Virus record (IMG/VR): IMGVR_UViG_3300046513_000134
Span: 1 to 64,000 of that record
Length of the DNA: 64,000 nucleotides
From: a virus
Strand: one strand, 5' to 3'
Shown piece by piece: positions 1 through 8,617 of the stretch. The position numbers and the translations under genes were made by a program. Position 1 is the stretch's first letter, and each line of letters begins with the position of its first letter. The notes under the pieces are model-generated. The model did no database searches. It saw only the letters and a program-made list of their open reading frames with translations, and had not been told where the DNA came from.

Positions 1-802
1 AGTGGGTGGACACCATGTAATTTATCGGCACGCCCTTTTTGTGTAGCCCCGAGCCAGCGAACCCTTTCTGGAACAGTTCGACCACGTCCTGAAAGTTCCT
101 CACGGACGTCGTACGCCCGGCAAACAGCACGTTCAGCCCCTTGGATACATCTTTTGCGTTGTTCGAGAGCCGCGTCAATTTCACGGGCACGGCTTCCTTC
201 ACCTTCGATTTCAATCGAATGACCTCGGAGGGCACCAGATAGTCCCTCGCGATCTTGTTCAAGAAGGGCCAAGACCAGAGATTGTTCATCACCACCCCCA
301 GTGAGGATAAGTATGCGGCCAAGCTGACGATGTCCATGTTGCCACAGATCGCCCAGCTCACCGTCTTGCGGAAGGAGAACATCGGCATCTCCTCCAGCCC
401 GATGATCCCCTTGTAAGTCCCCTCGTAGAACGGCACCTCCCGATGCAGGTGCGCCCGCATGTTTGGGATCTGGCCGATCCTCGACGTCAGGATGAAGTCG
501 TAGTCCCAATAGGGCGAGTAGCCGGGTGACAAGACGTCCAAGAGGGGGTCGGTAAGCTTGAACAATTCTTCCACTCGGTCGCCAGTGACATACGGATAGG
601 GGATGAGTTTGACCCTGTCCGGGAACTTGTTCAGCCATGCCATGTCCTCCTCGTTCTCTTCGGCTGACTTCGGGTAAAGCATGTAGAAGAAGGCGCTTGG
701 ATCGACGGCACTGATGTCGGCAATCAGCTTCTGAAACAGGAAAGCCGTCGAACAACGCGACGGCCTAGCTGTGTAAACTGGATCAAGGAGGAACTTGGTC
801 AT
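1..802 (-). CDS. Putative GT-B (GT4-like) glycosyltransferase, 5' part; runs off the window edge
   Basis: Not in the ORF track. ATG at 802 overlaps the upstream stop (ATGA), and the frame is open to base 1: MTKFLLDPVYTARPSRC...DFILTSRIG...LNVLFAGRTTSVRNFQDVVELF. The last segment resembles the start of the GT-B C-terminal domain (ILFVGRL..KG...LIEAF). Lies next to nucleotide-sugar genes. Confidence 0.6.
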   Translation of the reverse strand, partial: MTKFLLDPVYTARPSRCSTAFLFQKLIADISAVDPSAFFYMLYPKSAEENEEDMAWLNKFPDRVKLIPYPYVTGDRVEELFKLTDPLLDVLSPGYSPYWDYDFILTSRIGQIPNMRAHLHREVPFYEGTYKGIIGLEEMPMFSFRKTVSWAICGNMDIVSLAAYLSSLGVVMNNLWSWPFLNKIARDYLVPSEVIRLKSKVKEAVPVKLTRLSNNAKDVSKGLNVLFAGRTTSVRNFQDVVELFQKGFAGSGLHKKGVPINYMVSTH

Positions 803-1011
803 CGGGGCATCCCGTCAATCATATGGCGAACCATTTCCATCGCCTGATTATAGTCGAAAAGATTGGTCCCAACGGGTTCTGCCTTCCTTGGCCAAGGCGT
901 GTTCTCATTGAACGTCTTCTGGAAGCTGATGCCGCCATCGGGGTTAAAGTTCTCCGGCAGCTTCCAACGCAGAAACTGTTCGGCCATGTGTTTGATCTGG
1001 TCTTCAGTCAT
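799..1011 (-). CDS. Hypothetical phage protein
   Basis: Translationally coupled on both sides. Confidence 0.7.
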   Translation of the reverse strand: MTEDQIKHMAEQFLRWKLPENFNPDGGISFQKTFNENTPWPRKAEPVGTNLFDYNQAMEMVRHMIDGMPR

Positions 1012-1217
1012 TCGAACTTACCCTTGTAGTGTTCGAGGGCTTGCCGGCCTTCGAGGGTGATTTGGCTGTGGAGGAGGTGGGCACGCTGGATCAGCTTGTT
1101 GCCAGACAGCCACGTGTAATGATTGGCCCTGATCTTCAGGGCCTGCTCATTGTGGGCTATGCCGTCCGCGTATTTCTTCAGGGCGGCGTAGCGTTTCTCG
1201 GTCATCGCCCCCTTCAT
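1008..1217 (-). CDS. Hypothetical protein
   Basis: Coupled ORF within the operon. Confidence 0.65.
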   Translation of the reverse strand: MKGAMTEKRYAALKKYADGIAHNEQALKIRANHYTWLSGNKLIQRAHLLHSQITLEGRQALEHYKGKFE

Positions 1218-1218
1218 G

Positions 1219-2310
1219 TCAGTCGAGCCCCAGAATGAAGCGTTCGATGGCAGACTGCGACCAGCCGGCCATGCTCTCGTGCAGCGGCAGGCAGATATGG
1301 CCGAAGGCGATCTTCAGGGCGTTCGGGTACTGGTTATCGTCGGCAGCGTTCCGTCGCAGCCCTAGCGCCACGTCGAGCTGATCCGTGCGGGCGTAGACCT
1401 TGCCCACCTGTCGCTTGGCCTTGAAGTCGGCGTCCACGATGTAGCGATACCAGTTGGTCTCGTCCCATGTGACCAGCGGTTCCACGATCTTGGCCAGCTT
1501 TTCCGCGACGATGGCGCGCTGGGCCATGATGGTGTCTAGGGCTCGAAGCTGATGTAGAGCGACGACGGCCGTCCATTCGTCCATACGGAAATTAAAACCT
1601 TCGCCGTATTGGATGACGTCCCACCCGAAGGGGCTGGTGGCGTCGCGGAACTTGCCGTAGTTGCGGAACTCGCGAAGGAACGCCGCGTGATCGACGTCAT
1701 CCGTGACGACAATACCGCCTTCGCCTCCCGGAACTGCCTTCGTCGGATACAACGAAAAAACAGTCGGGCCAAACTTACCGAGGGTTCCTCTTCCGACGCC
1801 AAGGGCATGGGCTCCATCCGTGACGAATTTGAGGTGATGATTACTGGCAATCGACGCCGCGTCAAGATAGTGGGCTTGGTCAAAACCGCCGCCGACTGGC
1901 GTGTAGGCCAGTACCCGGGTCATGGAGGCGAGGGTCTTGTCCTTCAGCAGTTTCTCGGTGTGCTTGAGATCGAGGCAGAAGTTCTGCGGGTCGGCGTCTG
2001 CGAGGATTACCGAGTGCTTTGCTTCCTTGGCCATGGCCCCGGTGGCGAAGAAGGTATTGATCGGCACCAGCGCCGCCTTGTGGGGCAGGTTGAGGGCGCG
2101 GTAGACGGCGAACAGGGCAGTGCCGGCCGAGTTGAAGGCGATCGCCGGGACGCCATACAGCTTCTCGACTTCCTCCTCCAATAAACGGACAAAGGGGCCT
2201 TCAGTGAAGACCCCGCTGTCCAATACCCTTTGCCAGTCCTCGTGAATGGCCTTGTGATTGGCTGTTATCGTAAGCATCTCATACCTTGTGTGAGTAAAAA
2301 CGCATTGCAT
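1219..2310 (-). CDS. DegT/DnrJ/EryC1/StrS family PLP-dependent sugar aminotransferase
   Basis: NSAGTAL, DGAHA, FSLYPTK (catalytic Lys)-GGEGG, GFNFRMDE motifs; true start may be ~2277. Confidence 0.92.
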   Translation of the reverse strand: MQCVFTHTRYEMLTITANHKAIHEDWQRVLDSGVFTEGPFVRLLEEEVEKLYGVPAIAFNSAGTALFAVYRALNLPHKAALVPINTFFATGAMAKEAKHSVILADADPQNFCLDLKHTEKLLKDKTLASMTRVLAYTPVGGGFDQAHYLDAASIASNHHLKFVTDGAHALGVGRGTLGKFGPTVFSLYPTKAVPGGEGGIVVTDDVDHAAFLREFRNYGKFRDATSPFGWDVIQYGEGFNFRMDEWTAVVALHQLRALDTIMAQRAIVAEKLAKIVEPLVTWDETNWYRYIVDADFKAKRQVGKVYARTDQLDVALGLRRNAADDNQYPNALKIAFGHICLPLHESMAGWSQSAIERFILGLD

Positions 2311-3223
2311 TGTCCAAGTGCTCGGATGGGAGCTGGATCATGTAGTTGATCGTGGCCCGCACCGAAGCGGCGAAGTCGTATTCCGTGGTCATCCCGACGC
2401 TGTCCCAATAGTCCATATTGGCGACGAGATTGACCCCCTCCTTTTCCCCATTGCGCATCTTGACATTGTTGATCCGCACCGGGGGTTCTCCGAGGACGCG
2501 GGCCACTTCGTCGCGGATGACGACGGCCGCATCATTGCAAGATATTGCACGGCCAGAGCCGAGGTCCACGATCTTCTCGGACCGGCCGAGGTGGCGGATG
2601 GCGTGCACCGTGAAGCGGGCCAGATCGCGCGTGTCAATCGGGTCGATGGTCTGGCTGCCGTCGCCGTAGACTTCGAGGTCCTTGCCGTACATCGCCAGCA
2701 TGATCATCATCGGCAGGAACTTGCGGACCGGGTAGAGATGCTGGTACGGGCCGACCGCGTTGAGCCAGCGCACCGTCGCCACTTCCATACCGTATTGCTG
2801 CTGGTAGAGCTGGCCGAGCAGTTCCCCCGAGTGCTTGGTCAGGGTGTAGCTGTTCTCGTAGTAGCCGTCGAAGTGCGGCTTGGCTACGTTGTAGACGCGC
2901 TTGACCTTCGCATGGCGGCAGGCGTCGAGGACGTTATTCGCACCAACGATGTTGACGTCACAGGCGAGGGACGAGATTGGAATGAGTTCAGATGTGCCGA
3001 GGATACCGGCCAAGTGGTAGACTTCATCACAGCCCTCGAAAGCAGCCAGCAGGGAGTTCAGGTTGCGGATGTCGGTGTAGATGAACTTGGTGTTCTCGCC
3101 CATCGACGCCTGTGGCGGAACCACGTCCACGATGACGATCTCCGTCCCGGGCTCCTTGTTCTGTAGGTACAGCATAAGGTTCGTCCCTATGAAACCAGAT
3201 CCGCCTGTGATTGCGACGCGCAT
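2279..3223 (-). CDS. NAD-dependent nucleotide-sugar epimerase/dehydratase (extended SDR)
   Basis: ITGGSGFIG Rossmann motif, YHLAG, YTLTK (YxxxK), VYGDGSQT. Confidence 0.92.
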   Translation of the reverse strand: MRVAITGGSGFIGTNLMLYLQNKEPGTEIVIVDVVPPQASMGENTKFIYTDIRNLNSLLAAFEGCDEVYHLAGILGTSELIPISSLACDVNIVGANNVLDACRHAKVKRVYNVAKPHFDGYYENSYTLTKHSGELLGQLYQQQYGMEVATVRWLNAVGPYQHLYPVRKFLPMMIMLAMYGKDLEVYGDGSQTIDPIDTRDLARFTVHAIRHLGRSEKIVDLGSGRAISCNDAAVVIRDEVARVLGEPPVRINNVKMRNGEKEGVNLVANMDYWDSVGMTTEYDFAASVRATINYMIQLPSEHLDNAMRFYSHKV

Positions 3224-3226
3224 GTG

Positions 3227-4396
3227 TTAGCCCTTTTTCCAAAGAAACTGGCGGAGGTCATAGAGTTCGTGGACGTCCGCCATTACATCCCACGTCAGTT
3301 TGCTATAGGTCTCTTCCGTGAGACCAGCAATCTCTGATCGCGCCATCGTATAGGCGATTTCCTGTTTGACAATGAGCTTATTCACACCTTCGTCGGCTAT
3401 CCCCAAGTCTGGTGACACCATAGATGCATCCTTGAAGAAGGTAATCGCCCCGAGGGCCTTCTGGATCTTGCCGTTGTCGATCCCGTAGGGCTTGAACAGT
3501 TCCTGCATCTTGTCGGTCTTGGCCCAGCGCAGCAGCGCCGAGCGGCCAATCGACGTGTGCTGGTCGAGGGCGCAGTTCGGGACCGTCGTGTAGACATCCT
3601 CGAACTGGTTGATCATGCGGGTTTCCAGCGGCTCAGTCTGCGGTGGGGTTAGCGGTATCATGGTGTAGCCCGCGCCGAGGCACATCTGGGCGGTGATGAT
3701 CTGGCCGAAATGGATGTCGTCGTTCTGCCGTTCAAAGACGATCGCCGCTGCCAGCCCCATCGCCTTGGTCTCGAAGCTGTCCTTGAGGATGCGGATCACC
3801 GTCTTCAGCAGTTCGACGTTGCCGTGCCGGCACTTCTTGCGCAGGGTCCGCAGCGCGGCGAACTGGTAGTGGGGGGCAGCATGCGTCAGCATGTCGGTCA
3901 GCACCTTGTCCGGGTTCTCGACAGAAGTCGCGTCCATCTTGAGGACATCGACGTAGACGTTCAACTGGCAGCCGAAGCGGTTCTTCGGGGAGCGGGCCAG
4001 CCGGGCGATCAGCCCCCGGGCCAGTGTCAGCTCGTTGATCTGGATCTGCTGGCGGAAGGTCTTCAGGCACATCATCAGCGCCAGAGCGGTCATCTCCAGC
4101 ACCGGAAAGCCGATATCCTCCCCGGCGACGAGGGCGAGGCAGTCGAAGGCCTTCTTGTCGTCCTCCATGTACATCCGCTGGAAGTGGCTCCACGCCAAGG
4201 CGGGCAGTCCACGGCGCATGCACTTCTGGAAGGAGGAGCGGTGGATCTCCCAGTCGAACGGGCCGTCCGCGATGTTCTCAGCCCCCGACAGTTTCATGTT
4301 GAAGGCAGAAGACCATGCATGGGCCTCGGCTATCCAGTTCTGGATGATCAGCCGCGATGAGCTGATTTCAGTGGCGGCGTTAAACATGTCGGTCAT
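3227..4396 (-). CDS. Protein with RarA/MgsA C-terminal-like helical domain, no ATPase motif
   Basis: SSFQKCMRRG...GEDIG and ALDQHT..GR resemble RarA-C signatures; no Walker A seen. Confidence 0.5.
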   Translation of the reverse strand: MTDMFNAATEISSSRLIIQNWIAEAHAWSSAFNMKLSGAENIADGPFDWEIHRSSFQKCMRRGLPALAWSHFQRMYMEDDKKAFDCLALVAGEDIGFPVLEMTALALMMCLKTFRQQIQINELTLARGLIARLARSPKNRFGCQLNVYVDVLKMDATSVENPDKVLTDMLTHAAPHYQFAALRTLRKKCRHGNVELLKTVIRILKDSFETKAMGLAAAIVFERQNDDIHFGQIITAQMCLGAGYTMIPLTPPQTEPLETRMINQFEDVYTTVPNCALDQHTSIGRSALLRWAKTDKMQELFKPYGIDNGKIQKALGAITFFKDASMVSPDLGIADEGVNKLIVKQEIAYTMARSEIAGLTEETYSKLTWDVMADVHELYDLRQFLWKKG

Positions 4397-4722
4397 AGGG
4401 CTCGATGCTCGATCTTGGCTTGGATGTTGAAGTCAGAGAGGCGGTCGCGCAGCAGCTCAGCCAGCGCCACGCTCCGGTGCCGGCCCCCGAAGCAGCCAAA
4501 GGCCACGGTCAAGCCACGTCGGGCGGCTTTCTCGCCCAGTGCCAGCAGGGGTGGGGTTAGGTCAGACTTCCAGACGAAGTCCTGCACCATCTTGTTCTTG
4601 CCGGTCTGTTCCCGCAGGTGGTAGACGCTGTGGGGGTTGGGCAAGTTTCGGCAGTCGATGACGACGTCGGCGTCCTCGGGTACTCCGGTGTATTTGTAAG
4701 AAAAACTGATAATCGAGATCAC
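4393..4722 (-). CDS. Stand-alone RapZ/YvcJ C-terminal domain-like protein
   Basis: ISFSYKY.G.P.DAD.V.DCR.LPNP and VAFGCFGGRHRSVALAE match the RapZ C-terminal domain pattern. Confidence 0.85.
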   Translation of the reverse strand: MISIISFSYKYTGVPEDADVVIDCRNLPNPHSVYHLREQTGKNKMVQDFVWKSDLTPPLLALGEKAARRGLTVAFGCFGGRHRSVALAELLRDRLSDFNIQAKIEHRAL

Positions 4723-4763
4723 TGCAGCCCTCCGTGGTTGTCGGTGATTTGGGGAGTGATCCG

Positions 4764-4791
4764 ATTATAAAGGGTAGACCTTGTAGTACAA
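4764..4791 (-). promoter_or_regulatory. sigma70-like promoter of the sugar/glycosyltransferase operon
   Basis: TTGTAC-N16-TATAAT upstream of GGAGG and the 4722 start. Confidence 0.6.
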
Positions 4792-4806
4792 GGGTTTTCG
4801 CGCTGT

Positions 4807-5100
4807 TTATCGCACGCCCAAGATGCGGTCGGCAGCCAGTTTCGAGCGGCTGTGGGCATCGGTAAAGATGGAGTTCTGGCGGTTCATCGCCTCTTTCTTG
4901 TTCTCGGCCGTGATCGCGTCCAGCTCGTAGCCCAGAACCTGAAGGATGGTTTCCACGATCTCAATCGCGACGCCTGCATGGCCGTCCTCCAGCTTGCGGA
5001 GGGTCGAGCGATTGATCTTGGCATACGACGCCAGACGGCGTTGCGACATGCCCTGCGCCTCGCGCAGTCCCTTAATCAGTTGGCCCCAAAAGCTTGCCAT
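4807..5100 (-). CDS. XRE-family HTH protein
   Basis: IKGLREAQGMSQRRLASYAKINRSTLRKLEDG. Confidence 0.85.
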   Translation of the reverse strand: MASFWGQLIKGLREAQGMSQRRLASYAKINRSTLRKLEDGHAGVAIEIVETILQVLGYELDAITAENKKEAMNRQNSIFTDAHSRSKLAADRILGVR

Positions 5101-5599
5101 GTTCTGCCCCGGTTTCGCCTAGATCGATAACGTACCGGTAAGTGGCCAGCGAGGCGTGGCTGCGGTCGAGAATGTCGATCAGGACGTCATCATCCGCAGG
5201 CACGTCGATAAAGAGTTCGGAGCAGCCGAACCGTTCCAAGTAGGCTTTCGCTTCCTTAAAAAGCATACCGAAGACGCCAAGTTTGCGACTGCTTGGCTCG
5301 ACGTAGATCAAGGTGATCTTCGCCGCTTCGGCAAACCCAAGAACGGTGTAGGTCATGAGCCCAATCACTTCGCCCTTGCCGGTGACCGCGTAGAATGCCG
5401 CCGACGAGTTTGCCACGGTAGACAGAAACTGGTGATCGATTGACGATAGGACACCCTGAGCCACGGCTTCAGCGAACAGCCCTTTTGCGTCGCTGGTAAG
5501 CACGTTTGCTGCGTGTCTGATCGTCACTTCAAGCACCGAGACCTCCATGTCCTGCTGTGCAATAAATTGCACCGCATTCCGGTTTTGCATAATGAGCAA
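5072..5599 (-). CDS. GNAT family acetyltransferase
   Basis: ITLIYVEPSSRKLGVFGMLF acetyl-CoA motif A; start uncertain. Confidence 0.8.
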   Translation of the reverse strand: MLIMQNRNAVQFIAQQDMEVSVLEVTIRHAANVLTSDAKGLFAEAVAQGVLSSIDHQFLSTVANSSAAFYAVTGKGEVIGLMTYTVLGFAEAAKITLIYVEPSSRKLGVFGMLFKEAKAYLERFGCSELFIDVPADDDVLIDILDRSHASLATYRYVIDLGETGAEHGKLLGPTD

Positions 5600-5649
5600 T
5601 CGGTGAATGCGGTGCCAAAGTCAATGGGTATAAATCCGTCACCAACAGA

Positions 5650-6000
5650 CTAATTTATCGTTGGCCCAGTAGGGAACCCGGGGGTTTTTCCGTCCAGTGC
5701 CAAGTGTGTCAATAATCCCACATAGTCGGACAGTGCCGCATGCGACATCTCCAGATCGTCGTCGGGCTGCAACCCCTTGTCAGGGAACACCAAGGCTGCC
5801 GCCACGGTCAGCAGCAGCGCGTGGATCACTTCGTTCTGGGTCATGTCGAGGGCGTTGACGGCGCTGGCGATTGACGCCCCTAGCGCGGCGGTCACAGCGG
5901 TGCGGCGTTCGGCCTCATCACCGATGCTGACCTGCTGGATGATCGGCGCGAGGGCCATCAGTTCGAAGGCCAGCTTCTGGCCGTGGTACTGCTCTGTCAT
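5650..6000 (-). CDS. Hypothetical protein
   Basis: ORF with phage-like codon usage. Confidence 0.7.
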   Translation of the reverse strand: MTEQYHGQKLAFELMALAPIIQQVSIGDEAERRTAVTAALGASIASAVNALDMTQNEVIHALLLTVAAALVFPDKGLQPDDDLEMSHAALSDYVGLLTHLALDGKTPGFPTGPTIN

Positions 6001-6168
6001 TTACAATGCCTTTTGCGTGAGTTCGTGGACGGGGGATAGTGCGTTCTGGGCCGTTGAATGGACCCCTGTCCAGAAACCCTCCGTGGTTTTCAAGATAGGA
6101 GATCAGAATATCGGTCGAACTGCAGGAAGACAATCGGATTGTTCAGGATTTACCAGTTAATCGGGTAA

Positions 6169-6648
6169 TCACCGCCGCGATGAAAAGGAGAGCACCAAGC
6201 GCTTCGATGGCTTTGAAGGCGTAGGCTTCGGCTCGGGCACGGGGGCTGCTACGATCCGTGGTGCCGGATAGTCGATCCCAAGCGACGCCTTGGCCAGCAG
6301 ATTGGCCGCGCCCCTGATCCGGTCGGGCATCTTGTCCCATTTCAGGGCGAAGCCGGTTCCAGCTTTCAACTGCTTTCTGTCCACGTAGCTCTTGTGCCAA
6401 TGGTTTATCCTCGAAAAGTTTTCGTCCAACTCGAAGCAGATGCGATCGTACATGGCGTCCGACAGAATGGAAACGTCGCGGACGTAGTAGAGATAGCTTG
6501 CCATCAAATACCACGGAACCAGCAGGTTCTCGGAGCGCTTGATATCGGATCGAGCCATGTCATCAAGGTTGGCGGCTCGGCCCTCCGTGTCCGGTGTCGG
6601 CGCTGGAGGGGCTACGGGGGTAACGCGCGGCTTAAAGATAAGTTTCAC
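6169..6648 (-). CDS. Stand-alone NAD+-dependent DNA ligase domain Ia-like protein
   Basis: YLMASYLYYVRDVSILSDAMYDRICFEL matches the LigA subdomain Ia pattern YY..D...SD..YD.L..EL. Confidence 0.75.
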   Translation of the reverse strand: MKLIFKPRVTPVAPPAPTPDTEGRAANLDDMARSDIKRSENLLVPWYLMASYLYYVRDVSILSDAMYDRICFELDENFSRINHWHKSYVDRKQLKAGTGFALKWDKMPDRIRGAANLLAKASLGIDYPAPRIVAAPVPEPKPTPSKPSKRLVLSFSSRR

Positions 6649-6917
6649 TTTTGTGTCCTATAAGTCTTAAAACGTGAGATCGCCACGATGTCAATGGCGT
6701 CCCGGTTGACGGAGCGTTCCTCTTCCCGACTGACGATCAGGGCCTCGGGGTCCTGTGGGTCGATGGTGGCGTATAGGCGGATCGCGGAGATTGCGTCGTT
6801 CTCTTTCAGGTGTTTCAAGACCTCTTCCACCGTATTGAATGGCAGCCTGAAATTGCCAAAATAAGGCGTCCCGCGAAACGGGTCGAGCTTCTTGAACCTG
6901 ATATAAAAAAGTGCCAT
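6645..6917 (-). CDS. Hypothetical protein
   Basis: Coupled to the downstream ORF. Confidence 0.65.
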   Translation of the reverse strand: MALFYIRFKKLDPFRGTPYFGNFRLPFNTVEEVLKHLKENDAISAIRLYATIDPQDPEALIVSREEERSVNRDAIDIVAISRFKTYRTQK

Positions 6918-7041
6918 GGGTCCAGCCTTGCTGATTTGATTGTAGGTCAGGGGTTTTTACCCCAAAGCCGGCCTACGACTGAAGTCTTCATTTCCATAGC
7001 GGTCGTCGCACCGGTCCATGCCGATGCAACATGTTGCACGT

Positions 7042-7476
7042 TCAGTGGCGGGTCGGCAGGCTGGCTTGGGCCTCCAGCATCTCCATGGCGACCTCCATGT
7101 CAGCTTCCTCGTCCTCGTCGTCCTCGTCATACTCGTCCAGCGCCCCTTCCTCCTCAAGGAAGCCGAAGAGCTTGCGGTAGTCGGCGGCACGCAGCGAGAG
7201 GAAGGTGTTGCCCTTGGCCTGTTCGATGTAGGCGTCGGGGAGGATGCCGTAGAGGCCGTCCCACGGGATGCCTAAGCACTCTCCGGTGGGGTAGACGCCC
7301 TCGACCATCGGGAGCTGGTCAGGGTGCCACGGCTTCTCGTCATAGGCCATGATGATGACGTAGCCCTCGGCGGTGTGTTCAACGCAGCAATCGCAGGGGG
7401 CGTAGGTGACAAACAGGGATCGATCGACCCCCTTCATTTCGGCGCACCAGTAGCAGAAGCGGTTAGGTTGCGGCAT
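7042..7476 (-). CDS. Hypothetical protein, two CxxC motifs, acidic tail
   Basis: CYWC...CDCC; D/E-rich C-terminus. Confidence 0.7.
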   Translation of the reverse strand: MPQPNRFCYWCAEMKGVDRSLFVTYAPCDCCVEHTAEGYVIIMAYDEKPWHPDQLPMVEGVYPTGECLGIPWDGLYGILPDAYIEQAKGNTFLSLRAADYRKLFGFLEEEGALDEYDEDDEDEEADMEVAMEMLEAQASLPTRH

Positions 7477-7542
7477 GACAGGCCCTCTTACAAAGCACTA
7501 GGGAGAGAGTATCCACTCTCGCACGGGAGAAAAGCGACAACT

Positions 7543-7824
7543 CTATGACTGGCTCTTCTTGTACACCGTCTTGTCTTTGGAGACCGGGCTGTACTGGCCG
7601 CAGCGGGCGTCTGGGGGCGTCCAGCAGGAGTTGTGGGTGCAGAACCGCAGTTCCTTGTCCTTGAGCGCTACGGGCAGCGCACGGTCGTACCATTTCATGC
7701 AGGTGTTGCACCGGCCTTCGGGTACGGCGGGTTTCGACTTCTTGAAAAAGAGGAGGGGCTTGTTGACCCTCCTCTCTTCCTGAGCCGCTGCTGAGGGAGA
7801 TTTAAGCGGCAGCTTCAGCTTCAT
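7543..7824 (-). CDS. Hypothetical Cys-containing protein
   Basis: Start MKLKLPLK at 7824; CNTC...C...C. Confidence 0.6.
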   Translation of the reverse strand: MKLKLPLKSPSAAAQEERRVNKPLLFFKKSKPAVPEGRCNTCMKWYDRALPVALKDKELRFCTHNSCWTPPDARCGQYSPVSKDKTVYKKSQS

Positions 7825-8227
7825 TGTCAGGGCTTTCTGCGGAGAGTGAACGCACGACCGTCTGTACCACCGTCTTGTGCTTGTCGGAAAGACCATTGAA
7901 GGTGGTGGCCAGTCGCAGTGACCGGGCATCCAGTTGGGCGGCGATGCTGCCAGCCGGGGGCCGTCCCTCGACTGCATGGGCTCCGTCGAACAGGTCGGAG
8001 ATCTTGACCCCGAGGCATTCGCTGATCAGCAGCAGCTTCGACGCCGACACCCGGTTGGTGCCCTTCTCGTATTTCTGTACCTGCTGGAAGGTGATGCCGA
8101 GGGCGTCGGCCAGCCCGGTCTGGCTCATCCGCGCCGTGGTGCGATAGCGCCGCAGGTTTTCCCCGACCTTGCGATCGATGGCGCTCTCGCGGCTGTCTGT
8201 GGAAACGGTCTTAGGCATAGTCCTCAA
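7802..8227 (-). CDS. XRE-family transcriptional regulator (alphaproteobacterial type)
   Basis: MSQTGLADALGITFQQVQKYEKGTNRVSASKL signature. Confidence 0.92.
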   Translation of the reverse strand: MRTMPKTVSTDSRESAIDRKVGENLRRYRTTARMSQTGLADALGITFQQVQKYEKGTNRVSASKLLLISECLGVKISDLFDGAHAVEGRPPAGSIAAQLDARSLRLATTFNGLSDKHKTVVQTVVRSLSAESPDNEAEAAA

Positions 8228-8502
8228 TGCTCCTTTGGTTTGAGGCTGTCGCAGAGGACGGTGGTTCCGACCTCCAGTTTAAGGCCGTGCACGCCGGGGA
8301 CCGGTAATTCGGTCGCGATCCGCGTGCTCAGCAATTCGTCGGTGGGCGCATCCACGGCGTGGAACCAAAGTTCCCATCCACCACCCCGGGTGCAGATGAC
8401 TTCGAAGCCGGGCGGCATGTGGGATAAGGCCGTTTTCGGGAGGCGATCGGTGGTGACATAGAGATCACCGGACCCGTGGCCCAGTCTGATTTCATCGCCC
8501 AC
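8224..8502 (-). CDS. Hypothetical protein
   Basis: AAGGAG SD; coupled ORF. Confidence 0.65.
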   Translation of the reverse strand: MGDEIRLGHGSGDLYVTTDRLPKTALSHMPPGFEVICTRGGGWELWFHAVDAPTDELLSTRIATELPVPGVHGLKLEVGTTVLCDSLKPKEH

Positions 8503-8617
8503 TAGGTCACTCCTTGAAGTAGAGGGGATTGGTATAAGTCATATTGTCTAGGTAGCAACCCGAAGTCAATCAGGTCGAGCAGATTTATCTGAGGGCTGTG
8601 CCTGAAAAGCAAGCGGG

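Noticed and set aside
4807-5599. GNAT-HTH toxin-antitoxin pair, or the sugar N-acetyltransferase of the operon
   Set aside because: Typical GNAT toxins pair with upstream RHH antitoxins, and these genes lie upstream of the operon promoter; no direct support for either role
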